DNA from: Eledone cirrhosa
Taxonomy: Eukaryota
Direction of reading: 5' to 3'
DNA length: 64,000 bases
Assembly (NCBI GenBank): GCA_964016885.1
Contig: OZ024750.1
Coordinates: 33,666,001 to 33,730,000 of the forward strand
Part shown: positions 40,985 to 55,845 of the stretch, one piece after another
Position numbering within the stretch: the first letter of the stretch is position 1
Layout: every line of letters begins with the position of its first letter
Notes under the pieces: model-generated
Told to the model about the DNA's origin: nothing
The model's database searches: none
Seen by the model: the letters and a program-made list of their open reading frames with translations, nothing else
Made by a program: the position numbers and the translations under genes

Positions 40985-41275
40985 ATTCTGAGTTCAAAAT
41001 CCCGCCGAGGTTAACTTTGCCGTTCATCCTTACGAGATCGATAAAATAAAGTACCAGTAATCCACTGGGATAATTGCTGGCCTTGTGCCACGGCAAAAAA
41101 GCACCCAGCCCACACTATAAAATGGACGTGTAGGCGCCACGGAAAAAAAGCACCCAGCACTCACTGTAAATGAGGTTGGTGTTAGGAAGGGCATCCAGCT
41201 GTAGAAATCAAGCCAGAATCAGTTCCCGTCCCACCCTTGCAAGCAGGGAAAAAGCGGACGTAAAATGAAATGAAT
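40985..41275 (+). mobile_element. Chimeric Meta-type SINE body joined to RTE/CORE-SINE tail
   Basis: Junction at shared GTGCCA near 41085-41090. Confidence 0.75.
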
Positions 41276-41441
41276 GAAAAGAATATATATATGGAGGGAG
41301 GGGGGGTCTGTGATCTATATACACTGGTCATAGACACACACATACATATACACACACACTCACATATATATACACAACAACACCACCAGCTCTCTCTCTC
41401 TCTTCCATTCTCTTTCTCTGTCTCCGCTCCCTCTCTCTCTG

Positions 41442-41495
<54 letters not shown>

Positions 41496-42077
41496 AATGA
41501 AGGTACCCGGAAAAACCCCATATCTCGGGAACCTGTGGTCTAATTTATGCGAAACTTGTTTTATTCCATTTGTATTCCCATTTCGGGGTCAACTTCCTTT
41601 CAAAGTATTTTCCCATTATGCGCCCTTTTGGCTGTATTACATTACAGACAAGCAAGCAAGCAATCACAGAGTTTTAGTAGTATATAGATAGATTATCTAC
41701 AATTTGTGTGTAGGCAGGTCTCTCTGAAAATAGGGTTGGAGGTATTACGTGGCTGTGATGTGTGCAGTGGCCCGACCAAGTTTGAGAACCTCTGTACTAG
41801 GTGGGTATAAGGGGTCTGCCTTCATGACCCTCCTAGAAATAAGTGGGCGGAGAAGAAGAAGAAGAAGTGTGGGTGCGTGCGAATAAATATGAAGACACAG
41901 ATTCACATTTCCATACTTCATCTTATTAAATAATGACTGTTATGTACATTTCAGAGGTGTTGAACAATATGTATATACAAACTCGTCTAATGTATACAAA
42001 CCCCGTCTAACCCATGCTAGCATGGAAGAACGGACGTAAAACGGTGATGATGATGATGATGATGATGATGAAACAAA

Positions 42078-42660
<583 letters not shown>

Positions 42661-43034
42661 TGTCTATTAATTTGTTATCAAAAGAGTTAAACCTGTTATT
42701 TTATTATTTTCTATATCTTTATTCTTTCACATCTCTGAAAGAAAGTTTCTATTTTTTTTCATTATGCATTTATTATTGCTATAATATTTAATTATAATAT
42801 ATCAGGTTAATTACAGGTTAATTACACTATGATTGAAGTTATATTATTACTATGTTAATGGAAGATGAAATAAAATATGTTAGTGAGAAGCTGAAAATCT
42901 GATAAGTCAATGACCTTTCAATTTGAGTCTAGTTTCACAGTTTTCCTCCCAGTCTCAATTTCAAATGTTATTCTGGAGATAACTTCTGTGTAATATTTTA
43001 GAGAACTTTGTCTACATTTAGTTGTAGCTCTGTT

Positions 43035-43640
43035 CTATACACACACACGCATACACATCATATACACACATGCACATACACACATATATACACACACATG
43101 CACATACACACACTTACACACATACACAAACACACATATATACACACACATGCACATACACACATATATACACACACATACACATACATACACTTACGCA
43201 CATACACAAACACACATATATACATACACATGCACATACACACATATATACACACACATCCACATACATACACTTACACACATACACAAACACACATATA
43301 TACACACACATGCACATACATACACTTACACACACACACATACATATCATACCACACATGCACACATATATACACGCATGCACACACAGCCACACACACA
43401 TACATATTACACCACACATGCACATACACACATATATATATACACACACATGCACATACATACACTTACACACATATCACACCACACATGCACACACACA
43501 CACACACACACACATACATATCACACCACACATGCACATACACACATGCACATACACACATGCACATACATACACTTACGCACATACACAAACACACATA
43601 TCACACCACACATGCACACACAGCCACACACATTAATACA
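43035..43640. repeat. Degenerate (CA)/(TA) tract
   Basis: Direct reading. Confidence 0.9.
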
Positions 43641-43992
43641 CATACCACTCACACAACAAACATCATCATCATCATAATCATATTATTGTTTAACATCTAT
43701 TTTCCCTGCATGCATTGGTTAGACAAGCTGTCCTATACAGGGGCTAAACTGATCAAGTGACCACATCTTGGGCTTGGATTCTACATCTAGATGCCCTACT
43801 TTACACCCTTAGTTCTAGGAGCATTTTAGCATGACTCTGACACTACCACCTTACAGGGTGGGCTGGGGGCTTTTTATTGTGGTACATTACCACATTACAA
43901 CACTAATAGACATACTTATTTATATCGGTGGGGATGCCACAAAACCTTGTCCAATGCTCTACCGATTAATGCTAAAGATTAATGCTAAAGAA

Positions 43993-44520
43993 AATAATTG
44001 TTTCTACTTTTGGCACAAGGCCAGCAAATACCCAGTGCATTACTGTTACTTTATTTTATCGACCCCGTAAGGATGAAAGGCAGAGTTAACCTCGGCGGGA
44101 TTTGAACTCACGGAGGCACATGGCTTAGTGGTTAGAGCATTGGCCTTGCAATCGAAAGGTTGTGAGTTCAATTCTCAGACCGGGTGATGTGTTGTTTCCT
44201 TGAGCAAGACACTTTATTTCACATTGCTCCAGTTTATTCAGCTGTAGAAATGAGATGATAGGGACTGGGGTCCATATCACTCCACTGCAAAGTGGTCGTG
44301 GAGGTGCCACGACAAAAAAACACCCAGCACTCACTGTAAAATGAGGTTGGTGTTAGGAAGGGCATCCAGCTGTAGAAATCAAGCCAGAATCAGTTCCCGT
44401 CCCACCCTTGCAAGCAGGGAAAAGCGGACGTAAAGTGATGATGATGAACGTAAAGGTGTCATAACTCTATGCTGCAAAGCATGGTCTAATGCTATACCGG
44501 TACTGCCAATCCACCGCCTA
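43993..44520. mobile_element. Meta-type SINE (minus) split by a full CORE-type SINE (plus, about 44111-44446)
   Basis: GATTTGAACTCA|CGGAGGCAC...GATGATG|AACGTAAAGG resumes the host SINE. Confidence 0.85.
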
Positions 44521-45527
44521 AAGAAAATAATAAAATGGTTAATTTAAGATATATCTTTGTTTAGTCTATAACATATAGTTTAAACATTTTAGAACTAAAA
44601 AACATGTATGTATGTTCCTATAACTCCTGAAGGAGTCAGTGGACATCCATATTAACATACAGCCTTTCTAGGACATTTATAAACCTAGCAGAGCTTAATC
44701 CTCTCCAGCAGATTTCTTTGAGGATAGAGAGAGTGAGAGAATAGAAGTGACAAAGAAATATAGAGGAAGAATCGATCCCCAGTATTTGACTGGTACATTT
44801 TTTAATCGATCTCAAATGGATGAAAATCAAAATTAACCTCAGCTGGATTTGAACACAGAGAGGAGAGAACCAGAATGAATACTGCAAAGTATTTTATCCA
44901 ACGTTCTAACAACTCTGCCAGTTCGTTGCCTTATCTAATAAACATGAAACTTAATTAAATGTATTCCACATGACACCAACATAAATGAAACATAAGGGTC
45001 ACTCTGCTTCTATCTTCTCCAACTTATCCACCACCAGAACTACAAGACCGACTGACCCTTAAGTTTCGTTTATGGTGATGGCATATGAAATAAATTTACT
45101 TAAGCTTCAGAAACATGACCATCATAATAATTTATTGTCTAGCTGTTCAGTGCTTAAGTTTGTTATCGATTTGAAAAACATTATATTTTGTACTTAGTAG
45201 TAACATAACTAAACATTATAAAGAATATTTTCAAGATCAAAGACTGACAGAGAAGAAACGTTTGTTTTTTTTTTGCTTGTCTTTTTTCTTCTGGATATTG
45301 ATCTGTTGTACATTTATGATTAGTCTGTAGCCTGTACAATAAAGCAATGTCTAGCAGGTAACATATTGATACTTATTATTTTGGATAATGTACAACTACA
45401 AGACATCTCAATTGAGAGTGGATCTGTGAGACAATATTGATCTTACTGGGCCTTCAACTCACAATATTAAGGGAAAAAAAAAAATATATATATATATATG
45501 TATATATATTACCTCACCACTACTGCC

Positions 45528-45900
45528 TCTTTCTTCTTCTTCTTCTTTTTCTTTTTCTTTTTCTTTTTCTTCTTCTTCTTCTTCTCTTCCTCCTGCTTCT
45601 TCTTCTTCTTCTTCTTCTTCTTCTTCTTCTTCACCTCCTTCTTCTTCTTCTTCTTCTTCTTCTTCTTCTTCTTCTTCTTCTTCACCTCCTTCTTCTTCTT
45701 CTTCTTCTTCTTCTTCCTGCTTCTTCTTCTTCTTCTTTTTCTTTTTTTCTTCTTCTTCTTCTTCTTCTTCTTCTTCTTCTTCTTCTTCTTCTTCTTCACC
45801 TCCTTCTTCTTCTTCTCTTCCTCCTCCTTCTTCTTCTTCTTCTTCTTCTTCTTCTTCTTCTTCTTCTTCTTCTGCATCTTCTTCTTCTGCATCTGTGTCT
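45528..45900. repeat. (TTC)n microsatellite
   Basis: Direct reading. Confidence 0.95.
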
Positions 45901-46408
45901 TCTCCTCCTCAGTGCAGGATAGTTATGTCACCCTGCACACATCCCAGACAGACCTGGCTCTCACCACTTCCATGTCTGTAGAGTTTATGTCAAGCTAGCA
46001 ATGTTCCCCCATTAGTACTGCCATACCAGATATTTCTGGAAGTTGTCCATGGGCCCTGGACAAGAGTAGTTAATTGATTTTCATCGATGCCAGCATCTCT
46101 ACAAGAACATCATCACTTTTAACCTCCATTAATATTAATAATGGTTTCTGATTTAGGCACAAAGCCAATAAATTTGTGGATGATAAAAGTCAATTAAATT
46201 AAGCCCAGTGTGTGACTGGTATTATACTTTATCGAACCCGTAAGGATGAAAAGCAAAGCTAACCTCGGCAGGATTTGAACTCAGAACATAAAGGGATGTA
46301 ACCCTATGCCACGAAGCATGGTGTCCGATGCTCTACCAATTCTGCCAACCCACTAATAATAATAATGTTTTCTTTATTGACCACAAAGGGTTTACAAAAA
46401 ATACATTA

Positions 46409-47554
46409 AGGACAGTACAGGACAGTACAGGACAGTACAGGACAGCACATGACAGTACAGGGCAGTACAGGGCAGTACAGGGCAGTACAGGACAGTACAA
46501 GACAGCACATGACAGTACAGGACAGTACAGGACAGTACAGGACAGTACAGGACAGCACATGATAGTACAGGGCAGTACAGGGCAGTACAGGACAGTACAG
46601 GACAGTACAGGGCAGTACAGGACAGTACAGGACAGTACAGGACAGTACAGGGCAGTACAGGGCAGTACAGGACAGTACAGGACAGTACAGGGCAGGACAG
46701 GACAGTACAGGACAGTACAGGGCAGTACAGGACAGTACAGGACAGTACAGGGCAGTACAGGGCAGTACAGGACAGTACAGGACAGTACAGGACAGCACAT
46801 GACAGTACAGGGCTGTACAGGACAGTACAGGACAGCACATGACAGTACAGGGCAGTACAGGGCAGTACAGGACAGTACAGGACAGCACATGACAGTACAG
46901 GACAGTACAGGACAGTACAGGACAGTACAGGACAGCACATGACAGTACAGGACAGCACATGACAGTACAGGGCAGTACAGGTCAGTACAGGACAGTACAG
47001 GACAGTACAGGGCAGTACAGGACAGTACAGGACAGTACAGGGCAGTACAGGGCAGTACAGGACAGTACAGGACAGTACAGGACAGTACAGGACAGCACAT
47101 GACAGTACAGGGCAGTACAGGACAGTACAGGACAGCACATGACAGTACAGGGCAGTACAGGGCAGTACAGGACAGTACAGAACAGTACAGGACAGCACAT
47201 GACAGTACAGGGCTGTACAGGACAGTACAGGACAGCACATGACAGTACAGGGCAGTACAGGGCAGTACAGGACAGGACAGTACAGGACAGCACATGACTG
47301 TACAGGGCAGTACAGGGCAGTACAGGGCAGTACAGGACAGTACAGGACAGTACAGGGCAGTACAGGACAGCACATGACAGTACAGGGCAGTACAGGGCAG
47401 TACAGGACAGTACAGGACAGTACAGGACAGTACAGGACAGCACATGACTGTACAGGGCAGTACAGGGCAGTACATGGCAGTACAGGGCAGTACAGGGCAG
47501 TACAGGACAGTACAGGGCAGTACAGGGCAGTACAGGGCAGTACAGGACAGTACA
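46409..47554. repeat. 10-bp minisatellite GRCAGTACAG with GACAGCACAT variant, over 110 copies
   Basis: Direct reading; explains the Cys-rich ORFs. Confidence 0.97.
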
Positions 47555-47805
47555 ATGTGGTTTCTGGGTGTAAAAATGAGTATAAAACAAAAACAAAGGA
47601 TGTAACAAACAATAGAAACAAAGGAATAATAAGGAAACGTTGTCTTCATGAGACCACTGGATGTTGTCTGTCTTGATGAGAGACTATTGGATGTTGTCTT
47701 GAAGAGACCACTGGATGTTGTCTGTCTTGATGAGACCATTGGATGTTATCTGCTGTCTTGACTAAACCAGAAATTACGGTCAATCCTGAGGGAGGACATA
47801 ATAAT

Positions 47806-48180
47806 CTTCTAATAGATGTATCTATCCCCACAGACGAAAATATATCTTCCAAGGCAATAGAGAAACTCTCCAAATATAAAGATCTAGAGATAGAAATAAC
47901 TTGAAAGTGGAAAATGAAAACTGAAACAATACCTATAATAATAATAGGTGCTCTAGGAATGATAAAATAAAAACACACAGAGACAAATACTTAACCAAAA
48001 CTCCAGGACTTACAAATACATATAGCATACAAAAGCTAGCACTACTAGGCACTGCACACATTTTTCGAAAAGTACTATCAATACAATAGAAGCAACACCA
48101 ACAAAAACTACACTGCACATACCCAAGGCACACAGAGCTGTGCTCAGTAAAGCAGTGATGATGCACAATAAAAATAATAA
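47806..48180 (+). mobile_element. R4/Dong-type LINE 3' end (restriction-like endonuclease)
   Basis: LLIDVSIPTDENISSKAIEKLSKYKDLEIEIT*KWKMKTETIPIIIIGALG...IQKLALLGTAHIFRKVL. Confidence 0.8.
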
Positions 48181-48187
48181 TCAAAGT

Positions 48188-48540
48188 AATAATTACCCAG
48201 TACATTACTGGTACTTTATTTTATCGACCCCGTAAGGATGAAAGGCAGGATTTGAACTCAGATCATAAAGAACCATAACTCTATGCTGCAAAGCATGTTG
48301 TCCGACCCTCTACCGATTCTTCCAATTCACCGCCCTAATAATGGAAATAATTGTTTCTACTTTTGGCACAAGGCCAGCAATTACCCAGTACATTACTGGT
48401 ACTTTATTTTATCGACCCCGTAAGGATGAAAGGCAAAGTTGACCTCGGCAGGATTTGAACTCAGAATGGAAAGGGCTGTAATTCTATGCGTCAAAGCATA
48501 ACGTCCGACCCTCTACCAATACTGCCAATCCACCGCCCTA
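48188..48540 (-). mobile_element. Two tandem Meta-type SINEs
   Basis: Family consensus match. Confidence 0.85.
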
Positions 48541-48784
48541 TAATGGAAATAATAATAATAATAATTCTATTTGAAAAACTATTTTAAAAAAATATTATAA
48601 ATCAAGTAAATCCTTTCTAAGTTCTGAATAAAAGAAATGTTGCTAATGTATATAAAATATTGATTGACCTTTCATTTATTTTTATGATTTTGCATTAAAA
48701 ACATCACTTATGATGTCCAGTATAATTGTTTCTACTTTTGGTACAAGGCCAGCAATTATCCAGTGCATATGATATATATATATA

Positions 48785-49320
48785 TCATCATCATCATCAT
48801 CATTCTACGTCCGCTTTTCCCTGCTTGCAAGGGTTGGATGGGTCCTATTCAGCACAGCATCTCTCCACTTGTCACGGTCCTTCGTCATCTCCTCGGTGAG
48901 TTTCAGCAATCTGAGGTCTGCTCTCACCACCTCTGCCCATGTTTTACGTTGTCTACCTCTACTGCGTCTTCCATCCACTGGGACTTCCTGGCACTTCTTC
49001 ACCCATCGGTCATCCTCCATGCGCATCACATGTCCATACCATCTCAGTCTTCTCTCCTGCACACCACCACTACTTATCCCTCTTATACCCAGTTTCTTTC
49101 TCAACTCGTCCATGCTTGGTCGTTCACGTACATTGACATTGCACATCCAACGGAGCATGCTTGCTTCATTTCTCTCCAGCCATCGCATATCCTCTGCAGT
49201 TGCCGCCCATGTCTCACTACCATGCAGCATCGCGCATCTCACACAGACATCATATAACCGTCCTTTCATATGCAGGGAGAAACCCTTCTTTGTCAACAAA
49301 GGGAGCAGCTCCCTAAACAT
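48785..49320 (-). mobile_element. RTE-clade LINE 3' fragment
   Basis: FRELLPLL, KGRLYD, LHGSETW, RRLRWYGHVMRME; (GAT)n tail. Confidence 0.92.
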
Positions 49321-49448
49321 GATATATATATATAGTAATAATAATAAATTTGAAGACTAAAATCCAAAGAGGGCTTGATAAGGGTGAGTTTCAGAAGATC
49401 CCGTTAAGGGTGAAAGCAGCAATTCTTTGCTTAAACTTTAATCTGTTA

Positions 49449-49518
<70 letters not shown>

Positions 49519-49799
49519 TAATATATAGTTGAGGTGTGTTAGTTGTTCCAATCATGTCACTAAGTTCTATAGGTCTATCAGACATATTTTATTGTTCTCT
49601 AATCAAAGACATCGCTTTCTGCAGTAATGTATGGCTGAGAAGTCCAAGATGGCCATGAAACAGTTCCTGCTGCTTCTGTTGGTCATATCATGAAGAATCT
49701 TCCATCTTCCTAATAAGATCAGATTCACTTCTCACACTTATATATATCTATTCCTCACTCCTTTTCTAAGGTTATTAAATCTACATTATAATCACGGTC

Positions 49800-50583
49800 C
49801 TCCACCCAACAGCCCTGTCACCCTGCTGCCCTCCACCCTGCAGCCCTCCACCCCACAGCTCTTTACCCCACAGCCCTCCATTCCACACCCCTCCATCCTG
49901 CAGCCATCCGCCCCCATCCCTCCACCCCACAGCCCTCCACCCCCAAGTCCTCCACCCCACAGCCCTGCCACCCTGCTGCCCTGGTTCCCCACTGTTGCTC
50001 TACCACCCTGCTGTCCACCTCTCCTCTGCCATGCTATATCACTATCCTGACGCTCTGACGCTCTACCACCCTGCTACCCGACCATTGCCCCACCACCCCA
50101 CCACCCCACCACAACACCAATACCCCACCCCACTACCGCCCTTCCGCACCACCCCACCAATCCCCTACCACACCACCGCCCTGCCCTACCACCTTCACCT
50201 CCACCTCACCCCACCAACACCTCTCCCCCCCACCCCACGCCCCGCCACCCCACCACAACACCAATACCCCACCACACTACCATCCTGCTGCACCACCCCA
50301 CCAATTCCCTACCACACCACCGTCCTGCCCTACCATCCTCACCTCCACTCCCCACACCACCACCACAACCACAACACCACCACCACCACCACAACCACAA
50401 CACCACCACCACCACAACACCACCCCACCACACTACCGCCCTGCTGCACCACCACCACCACCACCACCACAACCACCACAACACCACCCCACCACACTAC
50501 CGCCCTGCTGCACCACCACCACCACACTCACCACCACCACCACCACCACCACCAGCACCACCAGCACCACCACCACCAGCACC

Positions 50584-50614
<31 letters not shown>

Positions 50615-50626
50615 CCACCACCACCG
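49800..50626. repeat. C-rich degenerate tandem repeats and (ACC)n
   Basis: Direct reading. Confidence 0.85.
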
Positions 50627-50902
50627 TTATTGTTATCCTCCAGTCAACCACAACTAAACAATAATTCTCTTATAGACTAGCAGTAAATTACTCTCCTTGC
50701 TATATCCACCAATATTAACAACATGTAACTCTTATTCAGTGAATATCAAAAGCAAGCTTTCTTCACACATAATCGACAAGTCTATATAAACTATATATAC
50801 ATATATGTGTGTATATAAAGTATATATATATGTGTGTGTGTTAACTACATTAAGTGCTCTGACTGGTGAACCGCTTGTAACTATCGTTACACACCTACCT
50901 TT

Positions 50903-51440
<538 letters not shown>

Positions 51441-51519
51441 ATCATTATAATCATCACTGTTTAACATCTATTTTCCACGCTAGCATGGGTTATATATAGA
51501 TATGTATATATATATATAC

Positions 51520-51551
<32 letters not shown>

Positions 51552-51636
51552 GGGGGGGCTTAATTGCTTTTGTGTGTGTACAAGTATGAAAGTGCAAAGA
51601 AGGAGAGAGAGAGACAGAGAGAAAGAGAAGAGGACT

Positions 51637-51673
<37 letters not shown>

Positions 51674-51874
51674 CTAGTGGGAGGAGCGGGATAGAGATAC
51701 GGAGGGGGGGGGGACATTGATAAAGTGAATGAAGATTATATTTGCTATGTCATTCATAATTTACTCTTTCTTCATTCATGTGTTGTCCATTACAATTGGA
51801 CAGGTTTTAAATTTACAAGGAAGCCAGGCAAAATCAGTTGAGATACAATATATATATATGGTTGGTCAGTAAGT

Positions 51875-52675
51875 ATATTTGATCAAACAATCTATTTGGT
51901 CTGACAATCTATTTGATCAAACAATCTATTTGATCAGACAATCTATTTGATCAGACAATCTATTTACTCAGACAATCTATTTTCTCAGACAATCTATTTG
52001 GTCAGACAATCTATTTACTCAGACAATCTATTTGGTCTGACAATCTATTTTCTCACACAATATATTTGGTCAGACAATCTATTTTCTCAGACAATCTATT
52101 TGGTCAGACAATCTATTTTCTCAGTCTATCTATTTGGTCAGACAATCTATTTTCTCAGATAATCTATTTGGTCAGACAATCTATTTTCTCAAACAATCTA
52201 TTTGGTCAGACAATCTATTTGATCAGACAATCTATTTACTCGGACAATCTATTTACTCAGACAATCTATTTACTCAGACAATCTATTTTCTCAGACAATC
52301 TATTTGGTCAGATAATCTATTTTCTCAGACAATCTATTTGGTCAGACAATCTATTTTCTCAAACAATCTATTTGGTCAGACAATCTATTTGGTCAGACAA
52401 TCTATTTACTCAGACAATCTATTTGGTCAGACAATCTATTTTCTCACACAATATATTTGGTCAGACAATCTATTTTCTCAGACAATCTATTTGGTCAGAC
52501 AATCTATTTTCTCAGTCTATCTATTTGGTCAGACAATCTATTTTCTCAGATAATCTATTTGGTCAGACAATCTATTTGGTCAGACAATCTATTTTCTCAG
52601 ACAATCTATTTGGTCAGACAATCTATTTTCTCAGTCAATCTATTTGGTCAGACAATCTATTTTCTCGGTCTATCT
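51875..52675. repeat. 17-bp minisatellite CAGACAATCTATTT(GGT/TCT/ACT)
   Basis: Direct reading; alternating variants. Confidence 0.95.
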
Positions 52676-52728
52676 ACTTACAAGTAATTGTTGCAATATA
52701 CAAATCTAAAATATATTATTTCTAACAT

Positions 52729-52918
52729 AGCGGTGAATTGGCAGTATCGGTAGAGGGGCGGACGCCATGCTTTCCAGCATAGTTACGTCCCTTTACGATC
52801 TGAGTTCAAATCCCGCCGAGGTTAACTTTGCCTTTCATCATTACGGGGTCGATAAAATAAAGTACCAGTAATGTACTGGGATAATTGCTGGCCTTGTGCC
52901 AAAAGTAAAAACAATTAT
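52729..52918 (+). mobile_element. Full-length Meta-type SINE
   Basis: Family consensus match; ATTATTTCTAAC on both sides. Confidence 0.88.
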
Positions 52919-52924
52919 TTCTAA

Positions 52925-53480
52925 CTAGTAACAACAACCATATAAAACTAGTAACAACAGCCATATAAAACAACAGCCATATAAAACTAGTAACAACAGC
53001 CATATAAAACTAGTAACAACAACCATATAAAACTAGTAACAACAACCATATAAAACTAGTAACAACAGCCATATATTTCTATTATAATAGTGATGGTAGT
53101 TGTAATGTCATAAAACTAGTAACAACAGCCATATAAAACTAGTAACAACAGTTTTATATGGTTGTTGTTACTAGTTTTATATGGCTGTTGTCACTAGTTT
53201 TATATGACATTACAACTACCATCACTATTATAATAGAAATATGTTTATTATAATAGTGATGGTAGTTGTAATGTCATATAAAACTAGTGACAACAGCCAT
53301 ATAAAACTAGTGACAACAGCCATATAAAACTAGTGACAACAGCCATATAAAACTAGTAACAACAGCCATATAAAACTAGTAACAACAACCATATAAAACT
53401 AGTAACAACCATATATTTCTATTATAATAGTGATGGTAGTTGTAAGGTCATATAAAACTAGTAACAACAGCCATATAAAA
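52925..53480. repeat. 23-bp minisatellite ATAAAACTAGTAACAACAGCCAT with periodic spacer and internal inversion (53150-53242)
   Basis: Direct reading. Confidence 0.9.
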
Positions 53481-54208
53481 TTATATAAAAGAATTATTTA
53501 CAATGATTTCTCACTGAATGATGACAGGAGAATATTTAAATATTTGGGAGTAGTTGGGATTTTATTTTACTAATGTTACTGAAAAAATCTCGAAATATAT
53601 ATATCTCGTATATAATAAATACGATAGGATGATGCTGAAGTATTTTTTTTTTTTCATTCTTGTTATATATATGTATAACATGTCCTCAATAACGTATGTA
53701 TTGAGCTAGTTCTCGTGTATAAAGCGTGTACGTAATTTTAAGGTTGTATATTCGTAATGGAGGTGTGAATTATACACGAATAAAACGGTAACATTCAAGT
53801 TTACTCAAAAGTAGCTAAAAACTATAAAACGGCTACTTTAATTCGGGCTACTTTTTTTTTCAGTATTTTCTACAACATATTTCTAACACTTTCATCCAAG
53901 TTAGTTTATAACACTATATATATAATAGTAACGAAATATGCCTATTTATATATATATATTTTGTTTTTTTTTTCAATACGAAATTATCATATTGCATCTA
54001 TCTCCTAGATAAAATGTTGCTATTTCGCAAGTTATCTATGTATTATCTACTGCTATATATTTACCGTAAAAAAAAAATAGGTCTATTGCAAAATTATAAA
54101 TATACTACCAAGAAATGCTGAACCATGAAATAGAAAAAAAAGTAATTCAAAGAATGGAAACGTCTGAATTTAGTAGATTAGGTCTAATATTTTATTTATA
54201 AAGCAATT

Positions 54209-54318
<110 letters not shown>

Positions 54319-54726
54319 ATATATAAATATCACTAAAATATCGACAGAGTTATGTATTACACAAACTATAAACAGTTAACTGGAAATACAATTCTTTGTT
54401 TTTGTTTTTTTAAGAATTTTTTTTTTCTAAACGTAACTTTAAAGGCAACATTTGTTTTAATAAAAAATATATGAACGGGAATATGTTTATAAAATATCTT
54501 TTAATCTGAAGACTTTATAGGAGGAGGTTTAGTGCATTAGGAAGCTAAACTAAAGCAATCATAGGGAAAATATTGAAGCTTTACTAACATTTCTAAATAA
54601 ATAGCACATAACTATTTCCTCCAGACATACCTAAATTCCAACTGCTAAACACAACTACATTTCCGTTCGACATAAACTGGTAAACGATATCTCCACTTCA
54701 GTATATGTTATCGAATTATTACTATT

Positions 54727-54878
54727 GGTGGCGGATTGGCAGTATCGGAAGAGGGTCGGACGCCATGCTTTGCAGCATAGAGTTACGGCCCTTTGCGTTC
54801 GGAGCTTAAATCCCGCCGAGGTTAGCTTTGCCTTTCATCCTTACGGGGGTCGATAAAATAAAGTACCAGTAATACACT
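54727..54878 (+). mobile_element. Meta-type SINE interrupted by a LINE (tail resumes about 55877-55950)
   Basis: Family consensus; GATAAAATAAAGTACCAGTAATRCACT on both sides of the LINE. Confidence 0.8.
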
Positions 54879-55845
54879 TAGATTCTTCTTCCGCACCGTT
54901 CGGCGCATCGAGCGGTAAATACTCGCCAACGGCCACGATCAGCGGCAACTTTTTTGAGACCGTGCCAGGTGATGTTGGCTGCCATCAGGTCCTTCCGGAA
55001 CGTTCGTCGCCAGGTGATCCTTAGGCAACCCCGCCTCCGTTTACTGCCAGGCGGAGTCCAGTACATCGCTGTTTTCGAATGCCATTCATTTGGCAGACGC
55101 AGAATATGGCCAACCAGACGGCACCGACGCTCCGTGACCACTCTCTGTAGCGTCCACGACTCGGCTCTCCGCAGGATCTCCTCGTTTCGCACTCGGTCGC
55201 GCCAGGACACACGAAGGATCTTTCGCAGGCACCGCTGGTGGAAAGCGTTCAGCCGTCTCTCTATTTTTTCCGTATTCTTCCAGGTCTCGCTCGCATAAAG
55301 CACTGTCGGCAGCACGATGCTCTTGTACAGGCGGAGCTTGGTCTTGGTGCTAATGCATGAAGACGACCAGACTGGACACAGCCGCTGGAAAACTGCGGCT
55401 CCTTTGCCGATCCGACAGTTGATGTCGAGCTCCGCGTCGCCGCTGCCTGTCAGGATGCTGCCCAGATAGGTGAAGTGATCGACTTCCTCGAGGTCCTGTT
55501 GGTCGACTCTGATCACTGGACCTGTGTTGCTGGTCGTTCTGGTGGTCTTTTTGGTGTTGATTCTCAAGCCGATCTTTTCCGCACTCTCTTGTAGGGCCTG
55601 CAGATCTGCACTGTTTTCAGCGATCAAAGCGATGCCGTCGGCGAATGCCAGGTCCCTCAGCCTCGACTGCCCTCTCCATGGGATTCCTCGACCGGGTCCT
55701 TCATCCATTCGCCTTAGTACGAAATCGGCTGCCAGCAGGAACAACAGTGGAGAGAGAATGCAACCCTGTCTGACTCCGGAGACAATGTCAAAGAACTCCG
55801 TCACACCGGACTCAGTCCGCACGCAGCAGCTGGAGTTTTCATACA
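54878..55845 (-). mobile_element. GC-rich RTE-clade LINE fragment (RT C-half to stop), third family
   Basis: SGVRQGCILSPLLF, LAFADG (D to G), FTYLGS, LYKSIVLPTVLYASETW, LRKILRVSWRDRVRNEEI. Confidence 0.92.

Noticed and set aside
46333-47739. 468-aa Cys-rich ORF resembling metallothionein or keratin-associated protein
   Set aside because: Product of a 10-bp minisatellite open in all three minus frames
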